Shown: positions 16,411 to 26,332 of the stretch, piece after piece
Position numbering within the stretch: position 1 is the stretch's first letter
How the letters are laid out: every line of letters starts with the position of its first letter
Assembly: GCF_000341395.1 (NCBI RefSeq)
Contig: NC_020304.1
Location: forward strand, 1,350,001-1,382,000
Direction of reading: 5' to 3'
Length of the DNA: 32,000 bases
DNA from: Desulfocapsa sulfexigens DSM 10523
Lineage (GTDB): Bacteria > Desulfobacterota > Desulfobulbia > Desulfobulbales > Desulfocapsaceae
Program-made: the position numbers and the translations under genes
The notes under the pieces: model-generated
What the model saw: the letters and a program-made list of their open reading frames with translations, nothing else
Database searches by the model: none
Told to the model about the DNA's origin: nothing

Positions 16411-18801
16411 CTAAAGTGTTGATCTCTTTTTTGATGATGTCGATTTCTTCTTTGTGTAAACAAGAGACAGGATAGCCGGGGCCAGTAAGAAATCGGTAAT
16501 AAGGGCAATCAGTATGGTGGCGGCAACAAGTATCCCTGTGTTCTTATTGAGAGTTAACTTGGATAACATGTTACAGAGAAATCCTCCGGCAAGGACAAAG
16601 GAGGTCACCATCATGGCTCTACCAACACTCTTCAATGTTCTCGCGGTAGCCAAAGCCGGATCGCCGAGCTGATCAAAATATTTTCCGAAGTTGTGAAGAA
16701 AATGAATGGTATCGTCAACCACCAGGCCGATGGTGATACTTCCAATCAGCACCGTTCCCAGATCAAGTGGAATACGAAGCCATCCCATTAACCCTATAAC
16801 CACGATAATCGGAAACAGGTTGGGGATCATACTGAGCAACCCCATACGAAGCTTGCCCAGCATGATAATCATCAGCAGGGAAATCAGTATCAATGCAATA
16901 CTATAGCTGCGGATCATGGTGCTCATGACATTATTGAGTATTTCAACAAAGAGAGCATTGATACCGGTAATCGTTACCGTGCAATCTGGAAAATTCTTGT
17001 GTAATTCCATTTCGATGTCGGCCATAAAATTTTTATATTTTGACGTGTCTCTGTAAGGGACGTGCATGGTAAGTCGTGTCTTGGAAAACTGTTGGTCAAC
17101 AAGTTCATCCAGATCGTCGGAACCACTCAGTTGAAAAAGAAACAATTCCTGGGCTATAAGTTTTCGGTCATCCGGTACGGTGTACATCTCTTGACTGTTC
17201 TCATGTAACGCACGATTGGTTTCTTTAAGGATGGTGATCAGGGACAGGACTTTTCCCACATACAAATCTTCCGTTGTATAATCGGAAAATTTAATCACCG
17301 TCTTTTCAAGTGCCTTGATAAATTCTGAATCGTAGAGACCATCAGCTCTTCCTGTGTCGATAACCACATCAAAAGAGACTGTTCCCCGCATCTGCTGATC
17401 AATAAGTTCGGTGTCTTTTCTGAGTGTAGAATTTTCCGGGAACCATTTCAGGGCATTATGTTCAAAACGTACCTGACTCACACCAATTGCTGCCACGAGC
17501 AGAACGATTGCAAACAGACTTATAACCAAACCCTGACGACAACAGGTCAGCCTGGCGATTCTTTCAAATAGGAGATCGAGCTTCTCTGTGCCACTGCCAT
17601 GAGTCTCTCTTCTTTTTACCGGAAAAATAGCAAACAGGGCTGGAATAAGGAGGATAGTATAAATGAGTGCGAGAAAAACTGCCACGGGAGTCACCACTCC
17701 CAGATCTGCAATTGGGGCGACTTTGGCAGCCATAAATGACACCAATCCCCCAGCTGTTGTCAGAGAGGTCATCAGAATGGGCAACCCGGCATGTTTCATG
17801 GCATGCACTATCGCCTCTTTTTTATCACCTGTCTTGTGATATGCCGGATAAAACAGGGCCATGATGTGCACCGCATCACTGATACTGACAACCAACAAAA
17901 ATGATGGCAGTATGGTGGTGATATTGTTCATCGGGATGTTTAAAAAGCCCATGACCCCGACCGCTGAGAGCAAAGATAAGATAAAGATGAGAAGGGGATA
18001 CATAACCCCTGATATTCTGCGAAAAAGGAGGATGAGAAAGAGAAGCACTATGACAAAGGTGGCCGGGATGATAATTCCAAGATCTTTTTCCAAGGCGAGA
18101 TTTAAGTACTCGATAACTACCGGCATACCTGAAATTGCGATGGAAAAATCCTTTGCGTTGTATTTTTCAAGAATCGGCGTAATGCTTGTTACCATCTCAC
18201 GATTCTGGACATTGGTCATGGGCTGACAAGTTCCCTCTTCAATCAGCCCTGCAGTAATATCCGGATCACACGGTAGAGGCTTGATAACAATAGCTGTCAT
18301 GTCAAGGGCCTCGGTGAGGATGAAATTTTTATAGAGGCTGTTCTTTTGTGCCCGAGCCGTCAGCGTATCCAAGTCGGTTTGATTTTGCGGCCATGTTTCC
18401 AGGAAGTCTTCAACAATAAGCTCATCAGTCTCCCCCCTGGTGTTTCGAATATTTATCAGACTGGTCACTTCATCCAGATAGGGAACATCTGTTTCCAATT
18501 CATGGTGCAGATCTTTTAATCTTGCCAGAAACTCCATGTCAAAAATATTCGGAGTTTGTATTCCAATAACAATAAATTCATCCTTACCGAACTGGTTCCT
18601 GAAAGTATTGTAATCAATCAGCACCCTGTCATCGGGCCTGAAAAATACCTCATTGCTAGTGTCCAACTTGAGGCGTGGAATTTGCGAAATAAGAGGCAAG
18701 ACGATCGTCAGAATCAGAATAAGTGCCAGCCACTTGTTTTCATACGCCCAGCGTGCAATTTTTCCAAACCCTCTTTCACACTTTCTTTTTATCATTTTCA
18801 T
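16411..18801 (-). CDS. MMPL/RND-superfamily exporter
   Basis: 796 aa; duplicated 6-TM organisation with large extracytoplasmic loops; FLNIPMNNITTILPSFLLVVSISDAVHIMALFY and RIPLDLGTVLIGSITIGLVVDDTIHFLHNF are typical TM4/TM10 motifs. Confidence 0.92.
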   Translation of the reverse strand: MKMIKRKCERGFGKIARWAYENKWLALILILTIVLPLISQIPRLKLDTSNEVFFRPDDRVLIDYNTFRNQFGKDEFIVIGIQTPNIFDMEFLARLKDLHHELETDVPYLDEVTSLINIRNTRGETDELIVEDFLETWPQNQTDLDTLTARAQKNSLYKNFILTEALDMTAIVIKPLPCDPDITAGLIEEGTCQPMTNVQNREMVTSITPILEKYNAKDFSIAISGMPVVIEYLNLALEKDLGIIIPATFVIVLLFLILLFRRISGVMYPLLIFILSLLSAVGVMGFLNIPMNNITTILPSFLLVVSISDAVHIMALFYPAYHKTGDKKEAIVHAMKHAGLPILMTSLTTAGGLVSFMAAKVAPIADLGVVTPVAVFLALIYTILLIPALFAIFPVKRRETHGSGTEKLDLLFERIARLTCCRQGLVISLFAIVLLVAAIGVSQVRFEHNALKWFPENSTLRKDTELIDQQMRGTVSFDVVIDTGRADGLYDSEFIKALEKTVIKFSDYTTEDLYVGKVLSLITILKETNRALHENSQEMYTVPDDRKLIAQELFLFQLSGSDDLDELVDQQFSKTRLTMHVPYRDTSKYKNFMADIEMELHKNFPDCTVTITGINALFVEILNNVMSTMIRSYSIALILISLLMIIMLGKLRMGLLSMIPNLFPIIVVIGLMGWLRIPLDLGTVLIGSITIGLVVDDTIHFLHNFGKYFDQLGDPALATARTLKSVGRAMMVTSFVLAGGFLCNMLSKLTLNKNTGILVAATILIALITDFLLAPAILSLVYTKKKSTSSKKRSTL

Positions 18802-18937
18802 GTGTGTCTCCCTTGGTACTCTTTAATGAGCGCGCTCATATTAAACACAGGGAAAGTGTCAGTCAAGTTTAAAGTGGACGTGTTCATTTGAATGGCTGAA
18901 TGGTCGCGGTTTTTTAATAAATGGAAAGGGACAAATA

Positions 18938-20284
18938 TTAGGAGAAGTGCTTCATTTCCGTAAGATACAAAGATGAGTAATCAAATTTACAACGAAGGCG
19001 GTACATGAGGGAACGATGACCCAGCAGGGCCCTGTTGCTCCAGTTATAAAATGGATCAGTCCGGACATGCCCTTTTACGAGGCTTTCTATCAGTAGATCA
19101 GCTCCTTGTTTCACATATTCCGTTTTTGCAAAATCAAAAGGGCCTGCTGCCAAAACCGGGGCAATGACCCAATGGATTTGGCGTAAAAACAGATCCACCC
19201 ATTCAGGGTCAAGATCAGCTGGAGTTTTATGCATGGCGAGCTTGGTCAGATAGTAGTTCAAAGAATCCCGATCCTCTCGAAACATGGCGAGTTCACTATC
19301 GACCTGGAATTTCCACCGCTCCTCATCGAATTGACGGTAACAGCCAAAATCGATAAAACCCAACCGGCCATCCTGCATAAGGACGAAATTACCGGGGTGT
19401 AAATCAGCATAGATAGTTCGTAAGCAGAACCAGGAGTGAACAAGTGAGTAGGAAATGAGTTCAGCAAAATGATTTCGCCGGGAAAGAGGAGGGTCTGTTG
19501 CGAGAAAACTCTGCAGGTGTTGACCGGGAAGATACTCCATGGTGAGTATCCGTTTTGTGGTGAACTCCGGGTACAAACGGGGAACAACAATCCTGCTGCC
19601 CTTGAAAAGTCTCCTGTTTTTCTCCATAAACGCCGCTTCTGCCAGGTAGTCCACTTCACTTAAGAAGACAGATCTGGCATCCTGAACATGATTGACCATG
19701 TAGTTGAAGTCTTTTTTGAAGCGCATGGTCTGCAAAAGCAATCCCAGCGTTCTCATATCTGCTTCAATGGTTTCGGCAATATTCGGGTACTGAATTTTTA
19801 CAGCGACTTCCTGGCCATTGTGGAGGGTCGCACGATGAACCTGGCCCAGTGATGCAGCCGCGAATGCATTTTTTTCAAAAGTGGCGAAAACCTCCTCTGG
19901 TTCTTGGCCCAGTTCATCAAGGAACATCTCTCTTATAAATGCGTAATGCATGGGAGGCGCTTCAAACTGGAGTGATTCAAAAATTTCAACCAGTTCATGC
20001 GGTAGAATCTGCGGGAGATTGCCAAGGAACTGACCGATCTTCATTATGGCTCCGCGCAGATAGCCCATGGTCCCAAGTAACTGGAGGGCTGATTGCAGTT
20101 GAAAATGACTGAAAAGATCTTTTCTCTTTTCGTCTTCAACAAAGTGTTTTCGGACTGAGTAGGAAAAATAACGGGCGGCGATTTTTGCCTGGCTGCTGCC
20201 AAGGGTCCAGCTGCGAACAAAGGAATTTGATGGAATTTTTTTGGTCTGAACCCTGCTTAGAATAGGATCAGTCAATTTATTCAT
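18938..20284 (-). CDS. AarF/UbiB/ABC1-family atypical kinase
   Basis: 448 aa; AAASLGQVHRATLHNGQEVAVKIQYPNI, EVDYLAEAAFMEKNRRLF, RILTMEYLPGQHL, YADLHPGNFVLMQDGRLGFIDFGCYR. Confidence 0.95.
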   Translation of the reverse strand: MNKLTDPILSRVQTKKIPSNSFVRSWTLGSSQAKIAARYFSYSVRKHFVEDEKRKDLFSHFQLQSALQLLGTMGYLRGAIMKIGQFLGNLPQILPHELVEIFESLQFEAPPMHYAFIREMFLDELGQEPEEVFATFEKNAFAAASLGQVHRATLHNGQEVAVKIQYPNIAETIEADMRTLGLLLQTMRFKKDFNYMVNHVQDARSVFLSEVDYLAEAAFMEKNRRLFKGSRIVVPRLYPEFTTKRILTMEYLPGQHLQSFLATDPPLSRRNHFAELISYSLVHSWFCLRTIYADLHPGNFVLMQDGRLGFIDFGCYRQFDEERWKFQVDSELAMFREDRDSLNYYLTKLAMHKTPADLDPEWVDLFLRQIHWVIAPVLAAGPFDFAKTEYVKQGADLLIESLVKGHVRTDPFYNWSNRALLGHRSLMYRLRCKFDYSSLYLTEMKHFS

Positions 20285-20900
20285 TGGAGACGGCTTGTTC
20301 TACTCCACTATTTGCGGAAATAGTATTGGCAAATGTCTGCATGGAGTAATCGATCAGTCCAAGTGTTTCGGCCTGATTATGTGTGTCGTCGTTTGACCAG
20401 TGGGCCAGGATACCCAAATACAGCGACCAATAAAGGGTGATGACAATCGAGTCGTATTCCATTTCGAAGCCGTGGTTGGCAAGAATCTGGCCAACCGTTT
20501 TTAAATGATTATGTTTGGCCTCTTCTCCGGCGGGGCAGATAGATTTCTTTGAAAAAACGGACATGCAGCTCTCAAGTACCGGGCCGATGTATTTCCGAAA
20601 CGGTTTTAAGGCGCGTAACTCAGAGGCGACAAATAAAAACAGCTCTTCGACCAGACCCTCTTCTCCTGTTTTACGACGCTCATACTGCTTTCTACCGGAT
20701 TCCATGGCACCGTTCACCAAAGTCATTGCCAGGGTTTCCTTGCTCTTGAAATAGTTAAAAAGGGTCCCTTTGGCAATCCCGCTTGCTGCAGAAATATCCC
20801 TGGTGGTGGTTTGTTCAAAACCCCTCTCAGCAAAGAGTTTTTCTGCCACTTCAAGGATTGTTTTTTTTGTTTTTTCTTTAGCTTCTTGTGTGATTCGCAT
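20277..20900 (-). CDS. TetR-family transcriptional regulator
   Basis: 207 aa; AKEKTKKTILEVAEKLFAERGFEQTTTRDISAASGIAKGTLFNYFKSKETLA; overlaps the AarF-family gene by 8 nt. Confidence 0.95.
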   Translation of the reverse strand: MRITQEAKEKTKKTILEVAEKLFAERGFEQTTTRDISAASGIAKGTLFNYFKSKETLAMTLVNGAMESGRKQYERRKTGEEGLVEELFLFVASELRALKPFRKYIGPVLESCMSVFSKKSICPAGEEAKHNHLKTVGQILANHGFEMEYDSIVITLYWSLYLGILAHWSNDDTHNQAETLGLIDYSMQTFANTISANSGVEQAVSNE

Positions 20901-21126
20901 GCAGGCTCCTGATCTTTGTGACCATGCCCATATTAATCGATCGTACTCGTAAGGTATAGATAAAAAATGTAGATACTAAAAGAGAAGAGTACTTCTTCAA
21001 ATGGGAATCATGGGAAAGATCTGTCTGTCTAGTGCTGTTAGGGTTAGGTTAGAAGCTAATCTTGCAGTGAATACTATAATTATACAAGGGCTTGTGGCCC
21101 GATAATATTTCGCGAAATTTAGTTTA

Positions 21127-22305
21127 TCACACCAATTTTTTAAGTATTTTTAAAACAAATGAATATGAGATTCTCTCCTGTTCAAGCCTTAAAGCATCCC
21201 GGAGAAGGTTTTTTACCAGAAACTCATAAATGCCTAGTTCCTTTTCATCAAGGCGAGTCAGGCTCCGTCTTGTAGGTTTACTCTCTTGGCCCCAAAGTGA
21301 TTCATGAGCCATTAGTGTTTCTCTATCCATCAAAAAAGAACTGGCCTGAGGAAAGTAAGAGCGGAGCTGGTCAAGCATTACGTAGCCGTGTGTATCAATA
21401 TCACCCCAGTAATGGATTTTTTTACCCAGTAGCCATTGAATATTGGCCAAACGATCCAGTCCGAACCCCAGTCCAAAGATGATAATTGCGTTTTTCACAT
21501 TTGGAAACGCTAAGCCATTGATTTCATTTTCAGTAATGAAGACATGATCAACTTCCAGGTTCAATGCACAAAACTCGGATACCGGTACATGAAGATCCGA
21601 CAATCCATGAAGATATAGATCAGGATCGAGGATTCGAAAGCGGACCTGAACCGGTTTAGAGAGGAACCCATAACGTTCCTCAAACCTTTTTGCTCCGGTT
21701 GCACTACTCTCGATCATTTCTTTCGACAGAATAAGATCCAGCAACTCACTTAGGGGTTTTTTATGTTTTTCAATGAACTTGGTATCAACTTCAGGAATTT
21801 CCAATTGACGTACATAAATTCCTGGACGAGGATTACTCTTAAGATACTTCAACACAGCCAATAGTCTTGGCCACTGTTTTTGATACTGGAGAGCAACAAG
21901 CGGACGCTTTTCCAGCCAGGACCTCAGTTCTGGGAAATCAGCAAGAATCTGACAGCATAACTCGTCAAATATTCGGGCCGCACTCAGTTTTCCAATGAAC
22001 GAAAGAATGGACTCGTCCGTCTTAAAAAGAACTGCTTGGGGAAAGCTGTTTCGCCCTAACTGACGATGGTTCACTTCCTGTGACTCTATTGTGAAAGCTC
22101 CATGTGTTTCTGCCTCAATCAGTTCATCCACCCATGCCTTTGCAGTATCCCACTTCTCAGCCCACTCATTTCCAAGTGGTCTTTTCAATGTGATTCGCCT
22201 GGGACAGAGATCTTCACCACGTAACCGGGCCGAAAGCAACTTGCCCTGCTCCCACTCCCGCTCGAGCTTCTTTCGTAAATCTTTAATGCTGCTCCAGTTG
22301 CTCAA
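21127..22305 (-). CDS. jetD: Wadjet JetD (DUF3322/DUF2220, Toprim-containing nuclease subunit)
   Basis: 392 aa; SSIKDLRKKLEREWEQGKLL start, VFITENEINGLAFP...AIIIFGLGFG...IHYWGDIDTHGYVMLDQLRSYFP (Toprim E and DxD). TTG start overlaps the jetC stop. Confidence 0.93.
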   Translation of the reverse strand: MSNWSSIKDLRKKLEREWEQGKLLSARLRGEDLCPRRITLKRPLGNEWAEKWDTAKAWVDELIEAETHGAFTIESQEVNHRQLGRNSFPQAVLFKTDESILSFIGKLSAARIFDELCCQILADFPELRSWLEKRPLVALQYQKQWPRLLAVLKYLKSNPRPGIYVRQLEIPEVDTKFIEKHKKPLSELLDLILSKEMIESSATGAKRFEERYGFLSKPVQVRFRILDPDLYLHGLSDLHVPVSEFCALNLEVDHVFITENEINGLAFPNVKNAIIIFGLGFGLDRLANIQWLLGKKIHYWGDIDTHGYVMLDQLRSYFPQASSFLMDRETLMAHESLWGQESKPTRRSLTRLDEKELGIYEFLVKNLLRDALRLEQERISYSFVLKILKKLV

Positions 22306-25300
22306 GCCGTCCGTGCCTCTCGAGCGGCTCTCTCTTGCCGATACTCTTCTATGGTGAGGCTTCGTAACTGGGATTCCTGTCCACCCTTATTGTGGACAAA
22401 GCCAACCGAGGAAACATATGGCTCAATGATATGAATTTTCTGCAGAGGAGTGACAATCAGCAATTGTAAATTCAGCTCTTTAAACAACTTAAGGGCGTAT
22501 CTCGTTGACTCATCTGAGCCACGGCCAAAGGCTTCATCAATCACCACGAAACGAAAACTCCTCGATTTTATCTCTCCACGCTCAAGGCCAAATTGATAGG
22601 CAAGACTCGCCGCTAGAACCGTATACGCGAGTTTCTCTTTCTGACCACCGGATTTACCACCGGTATCGGTGTAATGTTCATATTCACTACCATCCTCCTG
22701 ATAACGTTCAGAAGCTGCAAATGTGAACCAGTTACGAACATCCGTAACCTTTTTCATCCACTTTCTATCTAAGTCTATCGAATCAGCTCTGCCCTTAAAA
22801 CGATCTATGAGCTTACTCACCTCAACAAATTTCTTCTCAGCGTACTGCTCGTCCTCAGAACCAGTAACAGTACCCTCAATACAGATACGAAGCTGCTGCT
22901 GAAATTCGCGAATCTCCTGATCTACAGTCTTGGCATTCTCCAACTCTATATACCGTCCAGGGTTGTACTCAATGGTAGCAAGAGACTGGTTAATCTGTTC
23001 AATCCGTTCCTTAATTGTTCGGTTCTGTTTCTCCAGCTGAGCTTGAAATTGAACCACCTCGCGGATCGTATTCTGGTTGAGTAACTCCTTAAACTTCTGT
23101 TCATATTTTGGAAGGTTATCAGCTCTAAGTGCCTCCAGCATCTTTTCATATTCAAAAGCGGCCTCAATGGTTTTATCAACTTCTTGAGTCTCAGCAGGGA
23201 AATCATTGCAATAGGTATGCATCGCCGAAGTGATCTTGACTTCCAGACGCTTGAACCGCTCTGCATTATCATCGATGTGCCGCTTGAACCAAAAACGCAT
23301 CTCCTGTTCATGGTTTTGGCAGGACTCCACGGTTAACTTATGTGGTCCCAGAGCCTCTTCCCTTACCGACTCCAGATAAGAAAACAGCTCCGACCTGACT
23401 GATTCGTCTACACGTTCTATATCTTGTAAACATTGCTTGAGTTCATTCTCTGCCTGGGTCTGCTTTTCTGCAAGAGTAGCCTCCTTGCGAATCAATTCCT
23501 GGTGGTCTCGTTCGGTAGAACGGAGTTCAATCTCCAACTTTTTCAACTGGTCGGTCAGTAGTGCTAATTTGTCAGATGTCGACTCCAGAGCTATCTTCTC
23601 TTGTTTGAGGTTCTCGGCCTTACGTGCATCGCTCTGCCAATCCAGCTCACTGAAATTTGGAAACTCCTCGAGGCGATGCAACTTTTCCAGGACGGTATCA
23701 ACTTTTCTTTTCAACTTTTCAGTTTGAGCAATGTCTCCACCAATATTCTGAATAACCTTTTCACATTTTTCAACATCAACAGTGATGGCTTTAATCTTCT
23801 GCCTGTTATCCCACCCAAGAATATATCGGCTTCGATCACTGAGAAGGTGGCGATCATCTTTTTCATGTCGCCGGCCGCCTGATTTAATCTGTCCAGCCTG
23901 CGTAACAGCCTGCTTTTCTCGACGAAACTGAGAAACATCCTCACAACAAATATAATTAAACCGGTGCACTATTTCATGCTCCAGCCACGAGTAAAACTCT
24001 GACTGTGGCTTAATTGCTATCTTATTTACTAATGATTGTTGTCCACAATCGACTGTCCCAGGAATCTGTTCCGGACGAACCCTATAGTAAACTAACCTGC
24101 CCTTAAGGTGGGTGCTATCAACATACTCGGCCACTCTGGCATAGTGAATCTCCGGGACCAATAATGACAAACCGAAATTGTGGAGAACTCTTTCCGCAGC
24201 ACCTTCCCACTGTTTTTCTTCCTCTTTTATCTGCAGTAACTCACCAATAAAAGGTATATTCTCTTCATCAAGCTGCAGGGCACCACATAAGTCTTTTCGA
24301 ATGCTGATAAGGTTTGCGCTGATATTACTTTGCCTCTGGCGTAATGAATCCAGTTCACGACTGAGCTCCCGATGCTCTTCTCTCTTACGATCAAGTCGTA
24401 CCGCATCTTTTGTTATCGCGTCCTGCAGATCCTTACTTTCCGTATCTTTATCCTTCAATATATCCGGCAGGTGGGAGTTGTTCTCCAGGAATGCCTCTAA
24501 AGATTCAGCCTGTGACAATCCCACGTCAATCACGAGACTTTTGTAACGATCTGACTTCTCTTTTCTTGACCTTTTTCGCTCAAGGACAGCATCGATCTCT
24601 CTTGCAAGTTGCGCCAAACGGTCACCACCGTTTTCAGCGATCGCTTTTGTGAGGGCATCCCGGTTGTTCGCCTGTTCAATTTTTGTCTTTTCGGCCTCGC
24701 CAATCCTATTCTCCAGCCATTTCTTTTCCTCGGAATGTTTCTGCAATCGGGTTTTAAGAAGCTCTGTTTTCAAAGAAGCGAAATAGCCATGCAGCGCCTC
24801 CCGGCAAGAGCGCAGATGTTCATTTTTTTTAACTACCTGCTGATACTCTGTATAATTTTCTACCAGTGGGGAAAGTTGCCGTATCTGCTCCTTGGCCTTA
24901 ATCACCGCATCATGGGCCCGGTTAAGATCATCGTAATGTCCTATAAGGGCGGTGATATCCGACTCTACATCGAATGATTCAAGCATATGTTGACGAACAA
25001 ATTCGGTAAGATTTCCCACTGATTTCATCGAAACAGTTTGATGAAAAAGATCCAAAGCCTGTTCATTCTTAATTCCGAACTGTCTTCTGAATTCGGCACT
25101 ATAGAGAGTGAAGCTATCAAAGATTTCTACACCGCTTTCCTCACGGAGACGTTTGCGCAGGTTGCCAAGATCCGATCCAAAGCCTGAAAAATTATGGGAA
25201 ATTGTCAGTGGCTGCTTAGAAACCACATAATACCTCTCCGGTTGCCCCTGCTTATCCTTGCACCAAAAAACTTGTGCCAGGGTGATTTTCTGATTGTAGC

Positions 25301-25679
25301 CTTTATTAAAAAATACTCCCAAAATTACGGAATAGGAATTGTGGTCCCGCAGAGCAACCGGGGTGGCGGAGCCTCCAAAATCGCTTCGCTCGGTCTTGTA
25401 AAAACCAAGCACATATGAACGCAGGGACCGTTCTTTCTTTTCAGCTCCTGCTGCTTTATTAAATGCAATTCTATGTGCAGGCATAAAAAGGGTGGTAACC
25501 GCATCAACGAGGGTAGATTTACCGGAGCCGATGTCACCAGTCAGCAGACAGGTATCTCCATTTGGTTGTAAGGCCCAGACCTTTTTGTCAAAAGTTCCCC
25601 AGTTATAGACTTCTAACCTCTCAAGGCGAAACCCTGCATATGTATCGCTGCCGGCAAAATCAAAAAGAGGAGCTTGCAT
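22302..25679 (-). CDS. jetC: Wadjet JetC (SMC-like ATPase)
   Basis: 1125 aa; LLTGDIGSGKSTLVDAVTTLF Walker A, long coiled-coil arms, TGGKSGGQKEKLAYTVLAASLAYQF signature, FRFVVIDEAFGRGSDESTRYALKLF Walker B. Confidence 0.95.
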   Translation of the reverse strand: MQAPLFDFAGSDTYAGFRLERLEVYNWGTFDKKVWALQPNGDTCLLTGDIGSGKSTLVDAVTTLFMPAHRIAFNKAAGAEKKERSLRSYVLGFYKTERSDFGGSATPVALRDHNSYSVILGVFFNKGYNQKITLAQVFWCKDKQGQPERYYVVSKQPLTISHNFSGFGSDLGNLRKRLREESGVEIFDSFTLYSAEFRRQFGIKNEQALDLFHQTVSMKSVGNLTEFVRQHMLESFDVESDITALIGHYDDLNRAHDAVIKAKEQIRQLSPLVENYTEYQQVVKKNEHLRSCREALHGYFASLKTELLKTRLQKHSEEKKWLENRIGEAEKTKIEQANNRDALTKAIAENGGDRLAQLAREIDAVLERKRSRKEKSDRYKSLVIDVGLSQAESLEAFLENNSHLPDILKDKDTESKDLQDAITKDAVRLDRKREEHRELSRELDSLRQRQSNISANLISIRKDLCGALQLDEENIPFIGELLQIKEEEKQWEGAAERVLHNFGLSLLVPEIHYARVAEYVDSTHLKGRLVYYRVRPEQIPGTVDCGQQSLVNKIAIKPQSEFYSWLEHEIVHRFNYICCEDVSQFRREKQAVTQAGQIKSGGRRHEKDDRHLLSDRSRYILGWDNRQKIKAITVDVEKCEKVIQNIGGDIAQTEKLKRKVDTVLEKLHRLEEFPNFSELDWQSDARKAENLKQEKIALESTSDKLALLTDQLKKLEIELRSTERDHQELIRKEATLAEKQTQAENELKQCLQDIERVDESVRSELFSYLESVREEALGPHKLTVESCQNHEQEMRFWFKRHIDDNAERFKRLEVKITSAMHTYCNDFPAETQEVDKTIEAAFEYEKMLEALRADNLPKYEQKFKELLNQNTIREVVQFQAQLEKQNRTIKERIEQINQSLATIEYNPGRYIELENAKTVDQEIREFQQQLRICIEGTVTGSEDEQYAEKKFVEVSKLIDRFKGRADSIDLDRKWMKKVTDVRNWFTFAASERYQEDGSEYEHYTDTGGKSGGQKEKLAYTVLAASLAYQFGLERGEIKSRSFRFVVIDEAFGRGSDESTRYALKLFKELNLQLLIVTPLQKIHIIEPYVSSVGFVHNKGGQESQLRSLTIEEYRQERAAREARTA

Positions 25680-26332
25680 TACTCCACCTCTTCTTCATCG
25701 CAGGAATTTTCACCCTGCAGGTGGGTCTTATACTCCTTCAGGCGTTGATCCATTTCATTGAGCCAATGTGCATTGATATACGCCTTGAGTATACGTTTCA
25801 CTTCTATCATATTTTCTTTCCCGGGAAGCCTGCGAATAAAACCCAGTTCAACCACCTTATTGATATGGGCATCGATTTTATCAACAAATTTGGCCTCGTT
25901 TACCCCCGACGGCAGAAACGTGCTCACCATATCCACCACATCATCCCGGCTCATAATCAAACGAGTATCGTCCCCTGATGCATCAAATTCGGCAAGTCTA
26001 TAGCGAAAAAGAGCAAGTAGCAGACTGACGGGATAGGATAACTGCCTCCGCCCCACCAACCGGGGAAGAGGCTCCTCCTCGCCCTCCGGTTCTTTATACT
26101 TTAAAAAGGCATACCCCTCCGACTCATCGAGCAGAAGGAATAACCCAAGGACAGATACATATTCAGAAACCGCAGTCTGTACGGTAAGTAAATGCTGCCA
26201 AAGTGCAGGGTCAGCCTCCTGATACACGACTCCTTTCAGCAGGTTGATGACTATTTTTGAAATTCCTGGTTCTGGATTGCTCATATTGGTCATGCTCATC
26301 TGCTGAAAATTATTCTGGGTATGTGTACGCAT
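25679..26332 (-). CDS. jetB: Wadjet JetB (DUF4194)
   Basis: 217 aa; ISKIVINLLKGVVYQEADPALWQHLLTVQTAVSEYVSVLGLFLLLDESEGYAFLK; stop and jetC start overlap (TAATG). Confidence 0.92.
   Translation of the reverse strand: MRTHTQNNFQQMSMTNMSNPEPGISKIVINLLKGVVYQEADPALWQHLLTVQTAVSEYVSVLGLFLLLDESEGYAFLKYKEPEGEEEPLPRLVGRRQLSYPVSLLLALFRYRLAEFDASGDDTRLIMSRDDVVDMVSTFLPSGVNEAKFVDKIDAHINKVVELGFIRRLPGKENMIEVKRILKAYINAHWLNEMDQRLKEYKTHLQGENSCDEEEVE

Noticed and set aside
16411-20900. MMPL transporter, AarF-family kinase and TetR regulator as part of a defence system
   Set aside because: Their families and overlap fit an ordinary TetR-regulated membrane/lipid-related gene set; position between the two helicase/SMC loci alone is not evidence of a joint system.
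22505-26003. Plus-strand ORFs inside jetC/jetB
   Set aside because: Antisense to Wadjet genes with strong family signatures; no independent support.
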